63,431 nucleotides of DNA from Deltaproteobacteria bacterium (lineage in GTDB: Bacteria; Desulfobacterota; Binatia; Bin18). The notes under the pieces are model-generated. The model was not told the DNA's origin, made no database searches, and saw only the letters and a list, made by a program, of their open reading frames with translations. The translations under genes were made by a program, and so were the position numbers. The stretch lies in NCBI GenBank assembly GCA_009692435.1, contig SHZE01000004.1, forward strand, positions 1 through 63,431, in the 5' to 3' direction. Below, piece by piece: positions 52,463-62,683 of the stretch. Every line of letters starts with the position of its first letter. Within the stretch, counting starts at the first letter, position 1.

Positions 52463-54400
52463 ATGCCGTCTCCCTCCTGGTCCCCATCAACCAACAAGAG
52501 TGAATTTCTCCAAGGTGTTGAGAACGCGATTGCCCACGCTCAGCGATACTTCCAGCGCGAGCAGCACGCCGATGGCTATTGGTATTATCCGCTCGAAGCC
52601 AATGCCACGATGGATGCCGAGTACATCTTCTTCAACCATTTCATGGGGCGTGTGGATGAAAAGAAGCACCGTCGCATCTGTGAGCATGTGCTGTCGGTCC
52701 AAGGCGACGATGGAGCTTGGCCATTGTTTTACAAAGGCCCTGGGCACTTAGGGAACACGATTGAAGCGTATTTCGCGCTGAAACTCACTGGGTATGCGGC
52801 CAATCATCCCGCGCTCGTCAAAGCCCGCGCCTTCATTCTCGCGAAAGGCGGGCTCGCGCGGGCGCAAGTATTTACGCGCATTTTTCTCGCCTACTTCGGG
52901 CAGTTTCCGTGGCGTGGCGTTCCCGCCGTACCCGTTGAATTAAATTTGCTACCCCCGTGGTTTCCGGTCAACATTTACGAGATGTCGAGTTGGGCACGGG
53001 GCACCGTGGTGCCGTTGAGTATCATTCTCGCGCACCAGCCCTCCATTCCGATCGCGCCAGAGTGTGACGTCGCCGAACTCTGGAAAGACCCCCCGGAACA
53101 ATCGGAGCTGAGTTTCCCGCGTTCGTCTCCGGGGCTGTCATGGGAAAGTTTTTTCATTGCAGCGGACAAAGCGCTCAAGTTCCTTGGCCACAGTCCGATG
53201 AAACCATTACGCCCACGCGCGCTCAAAAAAGCGGAACGTTGGGTGTTGGATCATCAGGATGTCAATGGTGGGTGGGGAGGGATTCAACCGGCCATGTTGA
53301 ACTCAGTGATGGCCCTCCACAGTCTTGGCTATCGAGATGACCATCCCGCCGTGGCGAAAGGGATTCAGGCGATCGAAGACTTCCTTATGGAAACTGGTGG
53401 ACATCTGCTCTTTCAGCCTTGTATATCGCCGGTCTGGGATACTGTATGGGCGGTGAAGGCATTGATGGATTCTGGCTTACCTACTGACCACCCGGTAGTG
53501 ACCAAAGCCGCCAACTGGATTATCGACCAACAGATATTCAAGCCTGGTGACTGGCAAGTGAAGAATCCTGAATTAGAGCCCGGAGGGTGGGCGTTTGAGT
53601 TCGCCAACGATTGGTATCCTGATGTCGATGACACCGCCGTTATACTCTTCACTCTCAAGCGGGTGACCGGACTCGACGAGCGCAAGAAAGATCATGCGCT
53701 TGCACGCGGAGTGCACTGGACCCTGGGGATGCAGAGTCGCAACGGTGGCTGGGGCGCGTTCGACACGGACAATACGCTTGATCTTTGGAACCAGATGCCG
53801 TTTGGGGACATGAAGGCGATGATTGATCCGCCAACAGCCGACCTCGCTGGTCGGCTGTTGGAGATGATGGGCACGTTCGGTTACGACAAGGAATTTGGTC
53901 GCGCGCAACGAGCGCTCATCTTCCTGCGCAACGTGCAAGAGCGAGATGGTTCATGGTGGGGGCGATGGGGTGTCAATTATATTTATGGCACTTGGTCGGT
54001 GTTGGTTGGGCTGCGAGCCATCGGGGAAGACATGAATCTTCCATACGTGCGGCGTGCGGTCGCGTGGCTTAAGTCACGTCAAAATACCGATGGTGGATGG
54101 GGGGAAGATTGTTTATCGTATTGGGAACCGGAGCGAGCAGGGAAGGGCGACAGCACTCCTTCACAAACGGCGTGGGCAGTCCTGGGGCTCTTGGCCGCAG
54201 AAGAAGAGGTCGGCGTCGAGGTCCTCCGTGGCGTTGGTTATCTCCTCACGCACCAGGAATCGGCGGGGTCATGGTCGGAAGACTTGTTTACGGGCACCGG
54301 ATTTCCACAACATTTTTACCTACGGTATTACGGCTATTGTAACTATTTTCCTCTCATGGCGCTGGGGCGGTTTCGCACCCAGGTGCAGGCCCGGACCTAG
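52463..54400 (+). CDS. shc: Squalene--hopene cyclase
   Basis: YPDVDDTA (DxDD), QW repeats (QGDDGAW, QERDGSW), GTGFP.HFYL.Y. Confidence 0.96.
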   Translation: MPSPSWSPSTNKSEFLQGVENAIAHAQRYFQREQHADGYWYYPLEANATMDAEYIFFNHFMGRVDEKKHRRICEHVLSVQGDDGAWPLFYKGPGHLGNTIEAYFALKLTGYAANHPALVKARAFILAKGGLARAQVFTRIFLAYFGQFPWRGVPAVPVELNLLPPWFPVNIYEMSSWARGTVVPLSIILAHQPSIPIAPECDVAELWKDPPEQSELSFPRSSPGLSWESFFIAADKALKFLGHSPMKPLRPRALKKAERWVLDHQDVNGGWGGIQPAMLNSVMALHSLGYRDDHPAVAKGIQAIEDFLMETGGHLLFQPCISPVWDTVWAVKALMDSGLPTDHPVVTKAANWIIDQQIFKPGDWQVKNPELEPGGWAFEFANDWYPDVDDTAVILFTLKRVTGLDERKKDHALARGVHWTLGMQSRNGGWGAFDTDNTLDLWNQMPFGDMKAMIDPPTADLAGRLLEMMGTFGYDKEFGRAQRALIFLRNVQERDGSWWGRWGVNYIYGTWSVLVGLRAIGEDMNLPYVRRAVAWLKSRQNTDGGWGEDCLSYWEPERAGKGDSTPSQTAWAVLGLLAAEEEVGVEVLRGVGYLLTHQESAGSWSEDLFTGTGFPQHFYLRYYGYCNYFPLMALGRFRTQVQART

Positions 54401-54456
54401 AGCGAGGGAGGGAGAAAAACGACGAGTAAGCCGGAAAGAAGAAGAGAAAAGTCATA

Positions 54457-54966
54457 ATGCGCATCAAAGCAAAAACACTGACGATTGAAACCACTGCAAA
54501 GGTACAACTGTTTGATCTCACCCAAGAAGTGAAAACGTTTGTCGCCGAAACCGGGGTGTGGAACGGACAAGGCGTGATCTCCACGTTACATACCACGACG
54601 GGTATTTTTTTTACTGAAACCCAGGATGCGCTCTGGGATGATGTCGAAGCCTTTCTTCGCCAGCTTGTGGATGAACGAGTAGGGTACAAACACAATGATT
54701 CCCGCTTTTCTGACTGTGACCGCCAGAACGCGGCCGCGCATTTGCGCGCCATGCTCCTGGGCGGATCATTGGCCCTCCAAATAGAAGACGGAGGGGTAGT
54801 GCTTGGGCAGTTTCAGCGAATTGTTTTTGCTGAGCTTGACGGCCCCCGCCCTCGTTCGCTACGTATGCAGTTCATGGGCGAAGGGGTGGAGCTGCTGGCG
54901 CATGGAATCCAAGGCTGGGAACACACGCCAACTCTAGAGCTTCCGCGAAACGGGGGATTGGAATGA
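54457..54966 (+). CDS. yjbQ: YjbQ family protein
   Basis: HTTTG, NAAAHL, LGQFQRIVFAELDGPRPR. Confidence 0.88.
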   Translation: MRIKAKTLTIETTAKVQLFDLTQEVKTFVAETGVWNGQGVISTLHTTTGIFFTETQDALWDDVEAFLRQLVDERVGYKHNDSRFSDCDRQNAAAHLRAMLLGGSLALQIEDGGVVLGQFQRIVFAELDGPRPRSLRMQFMGEGVELLAHGIQGWEHTPTLELPRNGGLE

Positions 54967-56144
54967 AAAAGCTGTCAGTGCTCGGCTCGACGGGCTCAAT
55001 AGGTGTTTCGACCCTGACGATTGCCGAACAGTTTCCTGACCGCTTCCAAGTGGTGGCGCTGGCCGCCGGGAAAAATCTGATCAAACTCAAGGAACAGATA
55101 CGCCTGTTCAAGCCTGAATTAGTGTCGCTTACGAATGAGGCTGACGCGCGAGACCTGCGCTCTCAGGTTGGTGACTTTCGCGGAGAAATTGTCTGGGGCA
55201 GTGAAGGACTTCTCGCTGTGGCGACTCATCCAGGGGTGGAGATGGTGATGTCGGCCCTCGTCGGAGCTGTTGGACTAGCGCCGACCTTGGCCGCCATTCG
55301 TGCCGGGAAAACCATCGCCTTAGCGAATAAGGAAGCGTTAGTCATCTCCGGTGAACTGATGACGCGCGAAGCTCAAAAATACGGAGTGCAAATTTTACCG
55401 GTTGATAGTGAACATAACGCGATTTTCCAAGCGCTCCATGGGCACCGGCGCGACCAAGTCAAACGGATTATCTTAACCGCCTCCGGTGGACCGTTTCTTC
55501 GTCGTCCAGCCGAGGAACTGCCGAGCGTGACGGTGGCCGAGGCCCTCCAACACCCCACGTGGAAGATGGGGAGTAAGATCACCATTGACTCCGCCACCTT
55601 GATGAACAAAGGGCTTGAAGTCATTGAAGCGCGGTGGCTGTTTCATCTCCCACCGGAACAAGTGTCGGTCATTGTTCATCCTCAGAGCATTGTGCATTCA
55701 ATGGTGGAGTATATTGATGGGTCGGTGTTGGCACAGCTTGGCATTCCGGACATGACGATTCCTATTTCCTACATTTTGGCATATCCGGACCGCTTGCCTT
55801 TGACCCACTTGCCCTCGCTCGATTTGGCCGCTGCTCAGCAACTCACGTTCGCGCAGCCGGATTTTGACAAATTCCCTTGTCTTCAGCTTGCGTATGACGC
55901 ACTCGCGCGTGGCGGGACCTGTCCAGCGGTGTTGAACGCGGCGAACGAAGTGACGGTGGAGAGTTTTCTCGCGGAAGAGATTCGGTTCACGGATATTGCC
56001 GCGCTGAATCGTCAAGTGCTTGATGCGCATACTCCACAATCAGTGAACAATCTCGAAGAATTACTCGAGGCGGATCGCTGGGCACGGGAGTATGCACGTG
56101 CGGCGCTTGCACGTGTTCCCGCACGGGTCGCGGCATCGGCCTAA
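54963..56144 (+). CDS. dxr: 1-deoxy-D-xylulose-5-phosphate reductoisomerase
   Basis: LGSTGSIG, ALANKE, LPVDSEH, WKMGSKITIDSATLMNKGLE. Confidence 0.97.
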   Translation: MKKLSVLGSTGSIGVSTLTIAEQFPDRFQVVALAAGKNLIKLKEQIRLFKPELVSLTNEADARDLRSQVGDFRGEIVWGSEGLLAVATHPGVEMVMSALVGAVGLAPTLAAIRAGKTIALANKEALVISGELMTREAQKYGVQILPVDSEHNAIFQALHGHRRDQVKRIILTASGGPFLRRPAEELPSVTVAEALQHPTWKMGSKITIDSATLMNKGLEVIEARWLFHLPPEQVSVIVHPQSIVHSMVEYIDGSVLAQLGIPDMTIPISYILAYPDRLPLTHLPSLDLAAAQQLTFAQPDFDKFPCLQLAYDALARGGTCPAVLNAANEVTVESFLAEEIRFTDIAALNRQVLDAHTPQSVNNLEELLEADRWAREYARAALARVPARVAASA

Positions 56145-56186
56145 GAGACAAAACAGCGGTAAATAATCCAGGGGAACGGGGAGCGT

Positions 56187-57131
56187 ATGCAAGAGAATGC
56201 CATATTGTCGTCCCCCGCCCTGCAATCGCCCCTCCCTTCTCTGTCCCACGCCTACGCCTATTGCCGCCAAGTGACACGGAAAAGTTCGTCAAATTTCTAC
56301 TACGCATTTCGGCTACTTTCGTCCGAACGTCAGAATGCGCTCTGCGCGCTCTACGCGTTCTGCCGGTTCATGGATGATATCGCCGACCAACAGGATGGCG
56401 CGGCGGTTTCCCTTTCTAGTGGAAGCCGCAAGGAAAAACTTGCCGCCTTACTCGGCGCTTGGCGAGAAGAACTCCGACAGTGCTATGCTGGAACTCCGCG
56501 CCATCCCATCTCACAAGCGCTGACCGATGCCGTGCAGCGGTTTCCTCTGCCGCAGGAATATCTAGCGGGGATCATCGACGGGGTCGAAATGGATCTGAGT
56601 CGGACACGGTATGCGACCTTTGATGAACTATACGAGTATTGCTACCGGGTGGCTTCGTTGGTGGGGCTCTCCTGCATAGAAATTTTTGGCTATCGCAATC
56701 CCAGCGCGCGTGCATACGCGGTCAATTTGGGCATCGCGTTCCAATTAACCAATATCCTGAGGGATGTTGGAGAAGATGGGCAACGCGGGCGCATTTATCT
56801 TCCGGCGGAAGATTTAACCCGTTTTGGCTATGGTGAAGAAGAATTGTTTGCCAATGTCTACTCTGACGCTTTCGTCCGCCTTATGACTTTTGAAGGGGAG
56901 AGGGCTAGGGCCTATTATCAGGCAGCGGCGCGGCATCTTGCGCCTGAGGATCAGCGCTCTTTAGTGGCGGCTGAAGCGATGCATTTGATCTACGCGCGCC
57001 TTCTTGATGCTTTGACGACGAGGCGCTTCCATGTTTTTGGTACCCGTGTCACCCTTGCCCCAACCGCGAAAGCCCGCTTGGCTCTGACGGCTTGGGCACG
57101 GGGACGGTTCGGATTTTTTAACCGGAGTTAA
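56187..57131 (+). CDS. hpnD: Presqualene diphosphate synthase (squalene/phytoene synthase family)
   Basis: SSNFYYAF, FMDDIAD, YCYRVAS.VG, FQLTNILRDVGED. Confidence 0.8.
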   Translation: MQENAILSSPALQSPLPSLSHAYAYCRQVTRKSSSNFYYAFRLLSSERQNALCALYAFCRFMDDIADQQDGAAVSLSSGSRKEKLAALLGAWREELRQCYAGTPRHPISQALTDAVQRFPLPQEYLAGIIDGVEMDLSRTRYATFDELYEYCYRVASLVGLSCIEIFGYRNPSARAYAVNLGIAFQLTNILRDVGEDGQRGRIYLPAEDLTRFGYGEEELFANVYSDAFVRLMTFEGERARAYYQAAARHLAPEDQRSLVAAEAMHLIYARLLDALTTRRFHVFGTRVTLAPTAKARLALTAWARGRFGFFNRS

Positions 57132-57164
57132 ATTTTTGCTGGCGATGCCGATAATGTATGCATT

Positions 57165-57356
57165 ATGGGAAAGACAATAAACAAGAAGCGACGTAATTTT
57201 CTCTGGGGAGTCTTTTTCGGCGCGGGCGTTATCTATTGGCACGCCTTCTATGGCCACGAGTCCGTTGATTTTGTCCTGAGTTGGCTCCAATCGGAGTCCG
57301 AACGGTACCAAATCGAGCATCCACCACCGAAGGTCGATACTGGCTGGCGTAGGTAG
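57165..57356 (+). CDS. Small hypothetical membrane protein
   Basis: 63 aa; KKRRNFL followed by a hydrophobic segment. Confidence 0.55.
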   Translation: MGKTINKKRRNFLWGVFFGAGVIYWHAFYGHESVDFVLSWLQSESERYQIEHPPPKVDTGWRR

Positions 57357-57537
57357 GCCGCGATAATTTTCCGGTTGAGGAAAGGGCGACTCTTTCCTGA
57401 ATTGGGGGACATGGGCGGGTGCAACCTCGTGTGAGACGTGGAAGAGGCCACTACCCACCTGGAAGCCTTATCCACGTGGGTGAGCGTCGCGAGTGTTGCT
57501 ACGACAGCGAGCTGATGAAGGAACGAAGTGTAGGAAA

Positions 57538-57951
57538 TTACGCAACCGCGCGTAACTTCTTGCTCCCCCCGCGGGAGATATTGGCCACGCCGGTATTATC
57601 CGGGAGGAAGTCCGCGATGTTCGTCTTCCCGTAACGAGAGCCGGGAAAAAGCGAGCGTACCGCGAAGGCGACCTGTCCCATTAAACGTTTCACGCCTGGG
57701 GTCTTTTCCGCTTCGCAAATTGGTTCGAGTCGAATAATCGCCCCATCCGGCTTCTTACAAACCTGAAAGAAAAACTGTTGTTTCTTGCCTGGTTCGATCA
57801 CCAGAGCTTCGAGGAGCAGCTTGCTACAATCCGTATTGATGTAGTACTCGCTGACGCGTTTGATGCCGTCGGGGTCCCGAAGAAACATCTCTGGACGACG
57901 GATAACGATCTGCCGCAAATCAACCGGGCCCTCAATGGTAACGTTTGGCAT
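57538..57951 (-). CDS. Hypothetical protein
   Basis: 137 aa from ATG 57951 with SD GGAGAGAGG; family not recognised. Confidence 0.65.
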   Translation of the reverse strand: MPNVTIEGPVDLRQIVIRRPEMFLRDPDGIKRVSEYYINTDCSKLLLEALVIEPGKKQQFFFQVCKKPDGAIIRLEPICEAEKTPGVKRLMGQVAFAVRSLFPGSRYGKTNIADFLPDNTGVANISRGGSKKLRAVA

Positions 57952-58206
57952 TCCCTCTCTCCTTAACAAACCGTAGGGTATGAAGATTTTTCCCCCTTCG
58001 TTCTCCTGCTCGCGACTTTCCCCCGAAGAAGGTCCCTCCTCTGCAGGAGGGTGTTTCCTGTCCCTTTTTTAGAAAGCAGGCATGAGCATCAATACCTGTC
58101 CTGTAGTGGATGGTCAAGCCGTAATACGCGCCCTCTACTTTACAGACGACTGGGCAGCGGGCTATAAGCGAAGCAGTTCTGAGGAAGAGAGCCAAAGAGG
58201 GGCCCG

Positions 58207-59433
58207 ATGTTTTCAACACCTCCCCCAACGCCAGTACATAAGAGTCCTTATGTCGTTTCCGCTGAAGAAGCCATTGAAGAGATTCGCGCGGGTCGCATGA
58301 TCATCCTGATGGATGATGAAGACCGCGAGAATGAAGGTGATCTCTGCATGGCCGCCGAGAAAGTGACCCCAGAGGCTATTAATTTCATGGCAGCACATGG
58401 ACGGGGGTTGATATGTTTACCAATGGCCGAGGAGCAGATTGATGCGCTCGGCTTGCCGATGATGGTCGCGAAAAATACGGCCCCCCTCGGGACAGCCTTC
58501 ACCGTATCGATTGACGCTCGTGGGGTGACCCATGGCGTGACCGCGGAAGACCGGGCCACGACTATTCTTGCCGCAGTCAAAGATGATGTCCGGCCGGAAG
58601 ACTTTATCGTGCCTGGTCATATCTTCCCGCTCCGTGCGCGGCGGGGGGGGGTGTTGGTGCGCACCGGGCAGACGGAAGGCTCGGTCGATCTTTCTCGGTT
58701 GGCCAATCTCAAACCAGCCGGAGTGATCTGTGAGATCATGCGCGACGACGGCACCATGGCACGACTTGCGGATCTTGAAGAATTCTCGATTAAACACGGC
58801 CTCAAGATCGCAACCATTGCCGACCTGATTCAATATCGCCTCAAACATGATTCCCTTGTTCACCATGTGGCTGCGGCACGGCTTCCCACTCGCGCGGGTG
58901 GCGATTTCATCGCCCATGTGTACACCAGTGATGTGGACGAAGAGGAACATATTGTGCTGGTCAAAGGCGAGATATCTCCGGAGGAACCGGTCCTGGTGCG
59001 TGCCCATGCCGAGTACCTTCCGGGTGACGTTTTTAGCTACGCGCAGAGTAATACGAGTGCGTTATTGCGACAGTCGATGGAGTTGATCGCCGCTGAGGGG
59101 AAAGGCGTTATCCTATACCTCCGCCAGGAAGGGCAAGGGTCGTATGCCTTTCGGAACAACGGGCGCGCCGGGAAGCGGCACCAACACGAATCGCGGCGAC
59201 CGAGCACGAGTCCAGGTTCACAGATCCGGGATTTTCGCGATTACGGAATTGGCGCGCAAATTCTGCGTGACATCGGGGTGCGCAAAATGCGATTGTTGAC
59301 GAATTATCCCCGCCGGTTGGTAAGTTTACCCGGATATGATCTGGAAATCGTGGAATGTGTTCCACTAAATACGGTTGAGGCGGAGAAGCCCTCCACACCA
59401 ACCAAAAAATCCCTCCGTGCGCGCACTGCGTAA
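58207..59433 (+). CDS. ribB: DHBP synthase fused to a degenerate GTP cyclohydrolase II domain (RibBX type)
   Basis: DDEDRENEGD, RTGQTEGSVDL; the GCHII motif RxHSECxxGD...CDC is replaced by RAHAEYLPGDVFSYAQSNT. Confidence 0.9.
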   Translation: MFSTPPPTPVHKSPYVVSAEEAIEEIRAGRMIILMDDEDRENEGDLCMAAEKVTPEAINFMAAHGRGLICLPMAEEQIDALGLPMMVAKNTAPLGTAFTVSIDARGVTHGVTAEDRATTILAAVKDDVRPEDFIVPGHIFPLRARRGGVLVRTGQTEGSVDLSRLANLKPAGVICEIMRDDGTMARLADLEEFSIKHGLKIATIADLIQYRLKHDSLVHHVAAARLPTRAGGDFIAHVYTSDVDEEEHIVLVKGEISPEEPVLVRAHAEYLPGDVFSYAQSNTSALLRQSMELIAAEGKGVILYLRQEGQGSYAFRNNGRAGKRHQHESRRPSTSPGSQIRDFRDYGIGAQILRDIGVRKMRLLTNYPRRLVSLPGYDLEIVECVPLNTVEAEKPSTPTKKSLRARTA

Positions 59434-59436
59434 CGT

Positions 59437-60315
59437 ATGTTATCTCCCGATTTGCTTGTGAAAGCGACAGCGGCGGACAACACGATCCGCGCGTTAGCCG
59501 CTGTCACCACCGCGCTCGCCGAAGAGGCGCGCGTCCGCCATCAGACCGCACCGACCGCCAGCGCGGCCTTGGGACGAACACTGACCGCGAGTTTGCTCTT
59601 GGGCAGCATGCTCAAGGAAGACGAAAAATTATCGCTCCAGTTCATGGGGCGTGGTCCATTGCGGGGGATTTTCGCCGAAGCGAATGGGCAAGGGGAAGTC
59701 CGTGGATTCGTCTATCACCCCCGTACGCATCTTCCTCTCAATCGTGGCAAACTCAATGTTGGAGGCGCGGTGGGAGCAGGAACACTCACAGTGATACGCG
59801 CGCAATCCTGGAACAAGGAGCCCTACCGGAGTGTGTTGCCGATCGTGTCCGGAGAAATTGGGGCGGACATTGCGCACTATTTATTGAGCTCGGAGCAAAT
59901 CCCTTCCGCGGTCAGCTTGGGCGTTTTTGTCGCGCCCACGGAAGCGGTGGTAGCCGCGGGCGGGTTTATCCTGCAAGTCATGCCCGGTGCGAGTCCGGAA
60001 ACGATCGCCCAACTGGAAACCTGCGTGGCCCGGGCAAAACCGGTCAGTCAGCTTGTGCGGGAAGGCGCCTCACCGATAGAGATTATCACACACGCGCTTG
60101 AAGGATTTACCCCGATGACAGTTGGAGAAGTGCCCGTGCGTTTTGTGTGCCGCTGCTCACGAGAACGCGTCATGGGAGCGCTGGTGGCGTTAGGGGTAGC
60201 CGAGATTCGCGACTTAGTGAAGAAGGAAGGACAGGCGCGGGTCACGTGCGAGTTTTGCAACGAACAGTACGTACTCGACCGTGGCGAACTTGAAGCGCTG
60301 ATCGCTTCTTGCTAG
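59437..60315 (+). CDS. hslO: Hsp33 redox-regulated chaperone
   Basis: TAPTASAALGR, SEQIPS, CRCS...CEFC. Confidence 0.93.
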   Translation: MLSPDLLVKATAADNTIRALAAVTTALAEEARVRHQTAPTASAALGRTLTASLLLGSMLKEDEKLSLQFMGRGPLRGIFAEANGQGEVRGFVYHPRTHLPLNRGKLNVGGAVGAGTLTVIRAQSWNKEPYRSVLPIVSGEIGADIAHYLLSSEQIPSAVSLGVFVAPTEAVVAAGGFILQVMPGASPETIAQLETCVARAKPVSQLVREGASPIEIITHALEGFTPMTVGEVPVRFVCRCSRERVMGALVALGVAEIRDLVKKEGQARVTCEFCNEQYVLDRGELEALIASC

Positions 60316-60394
60316 TGCGCTGTCCTCGGAATCTCATCAAGGCGAAGGCGATTCGAGAATCGCGAGCCTCATTTCCCCGCGCTGGAGTATCATC

Positions 60395-61795
60395 ATGCCA
60401 ATCCTTCATCAAGCAATCCGCCGCCGACTATTGCTGACCCTGCTGTGGTGCTGCGTTCCCATTCTCAGTTGGGCGGGAGAACCCGAATGGCCCGCCATTG
60501 AGAAAGAGGCGAGTGATCTTCTCAGCCGATACGTGCGAATCGATACGACGAATCCGCCGGGGAACGAGATCGCGGCAGCCAACTTTTGGCGGGGCGTGCT
60601 CACTCGTGAAGGGATTGAAGCGCAAGTCTTCGAGTCACAACCTGGGCGTGGCGTCGTGTACGCACGGCTCAAAGGCAACGGCGAGAAGAAAGCCCTGATT
60701 CTTCTGCACCATCTTGACGTAGTTCCCGCCGTGAAAGCGGATTGGTCGGTCGATCCTTTCGCGGGAGAGATCAAAGGCGGGTACGTGTATGGGCGCGGAG
60801 CGATTGATTGCAAAGGGGTTGCCGTGGTGCAGTTCGTGACTTTGGCATTGTTGAAGCGTGCCGGAGTGCCACTCACGCGGGACATCATTTTTTTGGGAAC
60901 AGCAGATGAAGAAGTTGGCGGGCGTTTTGGCGCGGGGTGGTTTGTCGAGCAACATGCTGATCTGATTGCTGATGCTGAGTTCTTACTGACCGAAGGTGGC
61001 GGTATCCGCATTCAGGATGGACAGCGCTCGTATAATGTGGATATCGCCGAGAAAGCGCCTTGTTGGATTCAACTGGAAGCTAACGGCCCGGCGGGGCATG
61101 GATCGGTCCCGTTGCGCGAGACCGCCGTAACTCGCCTCATCCGTGCGCTGGAGAAAATTCGCAATCACGAAACGGATATCAAAGTGGTCCCGGCCGTACA
61201 GTCCTATTTTGCTGCCCTTGCTGCTCGTGAAGAATCGACAAAAGCCGCGCATTTTCGGGACCTGGAGAAAGCCTTGGCCGATCCGGCCTTTCTGCAAGAG
61301 TTCACCGCGAATCCCCTCTACAACGCCCTGGTGCGCAATACGATCTCACCCACTGTTCTTGAAGGGAGCAACAAAACCAACGTCATTCCGACTCATGCCC
61401 GCGCGCAACTGGATTGCCGGTTGCTACCGGGAGAAGACCCACAGCAATTTGTGACCTCGCTGGAGAAAGTGGTCAGCGATCCCGAAGTTCGTTTTTCTAT
61501 TCTCCTCAACTTCCCACCATTGGCATCTGAGGCCGAAACCGAACTCTTCCGTGCGATTCGCAATGTAGCTGAACGACGCGATCCCCAGGCACTTGTTGTA
61601 CCAGCGGTCCTGAGTGGATTCACCGATTCCCATTACTTCCGCAGGAAAGGAATCGTCAGTTACGGCTTCACTGGACTTGCTATCGAGGAGGTGGAAAGCC
61701 GTCGGGTACACGGAACCGACGAGCGCCTCTCGTTGACCAGCCTGCGTGAAGGGGTGCAGGTTTTACGGGACGTGGTCAAAGAATTGGGAAAGTAG
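60395..61795 (+). CDS. Exported M20/M25/M40 metallopeptidase
   Basis: HHLDVVP, AIDCKG, ADEEVGG, HGTDER. Confidence 0.9.
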   Translation: MPILHQAIRRRLLLTLLWCCVPILSWAGEPEWPAIEKEASDLLSRYVRIDTTNPPGNEIAAANFWRGVLTREGIEAQVFESQPGRGVVYARLKGNGEKKALILLHHLDVVPAVKADWSVDPFAGEIKGGYVYGRGAIDCKGVAVVQFVTLALLKRAGVPLTRDIIFLGTADEEVGGRFGAGWFVEQHADLIADAEFLLTEGGGIRIQDGQRSYNVDIAEKAPCWIQLEANGPAGHGSVPLRETAVTRLIRALEKIRNHETDIKVVPAVQSYFAALAAREESTKAAHFRDLEKALADPAFLQEFTANPLYNALVRNTISPTVLEGSNKTNVIPTHARAQLDCRLLPGEDPQQFVTSLEKVVSDPEVRFSILLNFPPLASEAETELFRAIRNVAERRDPQALVVPAVLSGFTDSHYFRRKGIVSYGFTGLAIEEVESRRVHGTDERLSLTSLREGVQVLRDVVKELGK

Positions 61796-61867
61796 CGCTT
61801 CCGCGAGATGCCTATTCCTTGCTCCTTCTTGGAGCGGAGGAGAAGCGTCATCACGCTTCTCATTTCC

Positions 61868-62683
61868 TCATTTCCCTTCAGCTTCTTTGGGTATCGCGGC
61901 ACTACGGGAAAAGAAAGGCTCACCCGAGGTAAACGCGGATAGCTTTGGGAAAAGGAAACCACTCCGTTCCATATTGCTTTTGTACACAGGGTCACTCGCG
62001 GCAAGGACATGCTCTTCACGTCGAGCGCGATAGGCTAAAAGCCCGGTGTGGGCGGCAGCAAGGAAGATGTAGGCAGGACACAAATTCGAGAGAAGGATTC
62101 CGATGTCGAGAAGGATATGCCCCATATATATTGGGTGGCGGACTTGGTTATAAGGTCCAGTCACAATCGCATCACGAACCTCAATAAATATGGCAAACGA
62201 GCGGCGTAAGTGGAAAAGCGCGAACACTGCAATTGCTTGCCCAGTCAAGCCGAAAAGGATGGAACTGACGATGAAGAAGGGAAGCCAGGACTGAGGGGTG
62301 TAATTTTCTATCATCCATCCTGGCATATATCCGGTGAAATTGTATGCGAGCATGAAGTATGAAGCGAGGAGTGGAATAAAAATCGCTGACCAGTTCTCTG
62401 GTGCATGTTGTGGGCGCCTGCTGAACAGCAAAATGCCCCCACTGAAGGCATTGAACATAGCGAGAAGACTGAACCTGACGAGGAGGTAGTACGAGAGCAC
62501 TGCGGGTGCGTCATTTAAAGTTCCTCCTTGCAGCCTGGTTCCTCCATGGAAGATCGTTGCCAGCTCTCCTGTCATTAAAAGGAAATTCTTGAGAGCATAA
62601 TACAACATGAAAGAAGAAAGGAGGTATTTTTCTGTGTAGAAAGAAATGTCTCCAAAGAAAAGATTCTTGAAACGCTTATTCAT
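61868..62683 (-). CDS. Membrane methyltransferase (ICMT/PEMT-like)
   Basis: Multiple TMs; IVTGPYNQVRHPIYMG, REEHVL, FLFPK; visibly AT-richer than its neighbours. Confidence 0.72.
   Translation of the reverse strand: MNKRFKNLFFGDISFYTEKYLLSSFMLYYALKNFLLMTGELATIFHGGTRLQGGTLNDAPAVLSYYLLVRFSLLAMFNAFSGGILLFSRRPQHAPENWSAIFIPLLASYFMLAYNFTGYMPGWMIENYTPQSWLPFFIVSSILFGLTGQAIAVFALFHLRRSFAIFIEVRDAIVTGPYNQVRHPIYMGHILLDIGILLSNLCPAYIFLAAAHTGLLAYRARREEHVLAASDPVYKSNMERSGFLFPKLSAFTSGEPFFSRSAAIPKEAEGK

Noticed and set aside
57960-58206. FMN riboswitch upstream of ribB
   Set aside because: The conserved RFN motifs (e.g. AGGGCGGGGTGAAATTCCC...ACCGGCGGT) were not found by eye; an Rfam scan would be decisive.
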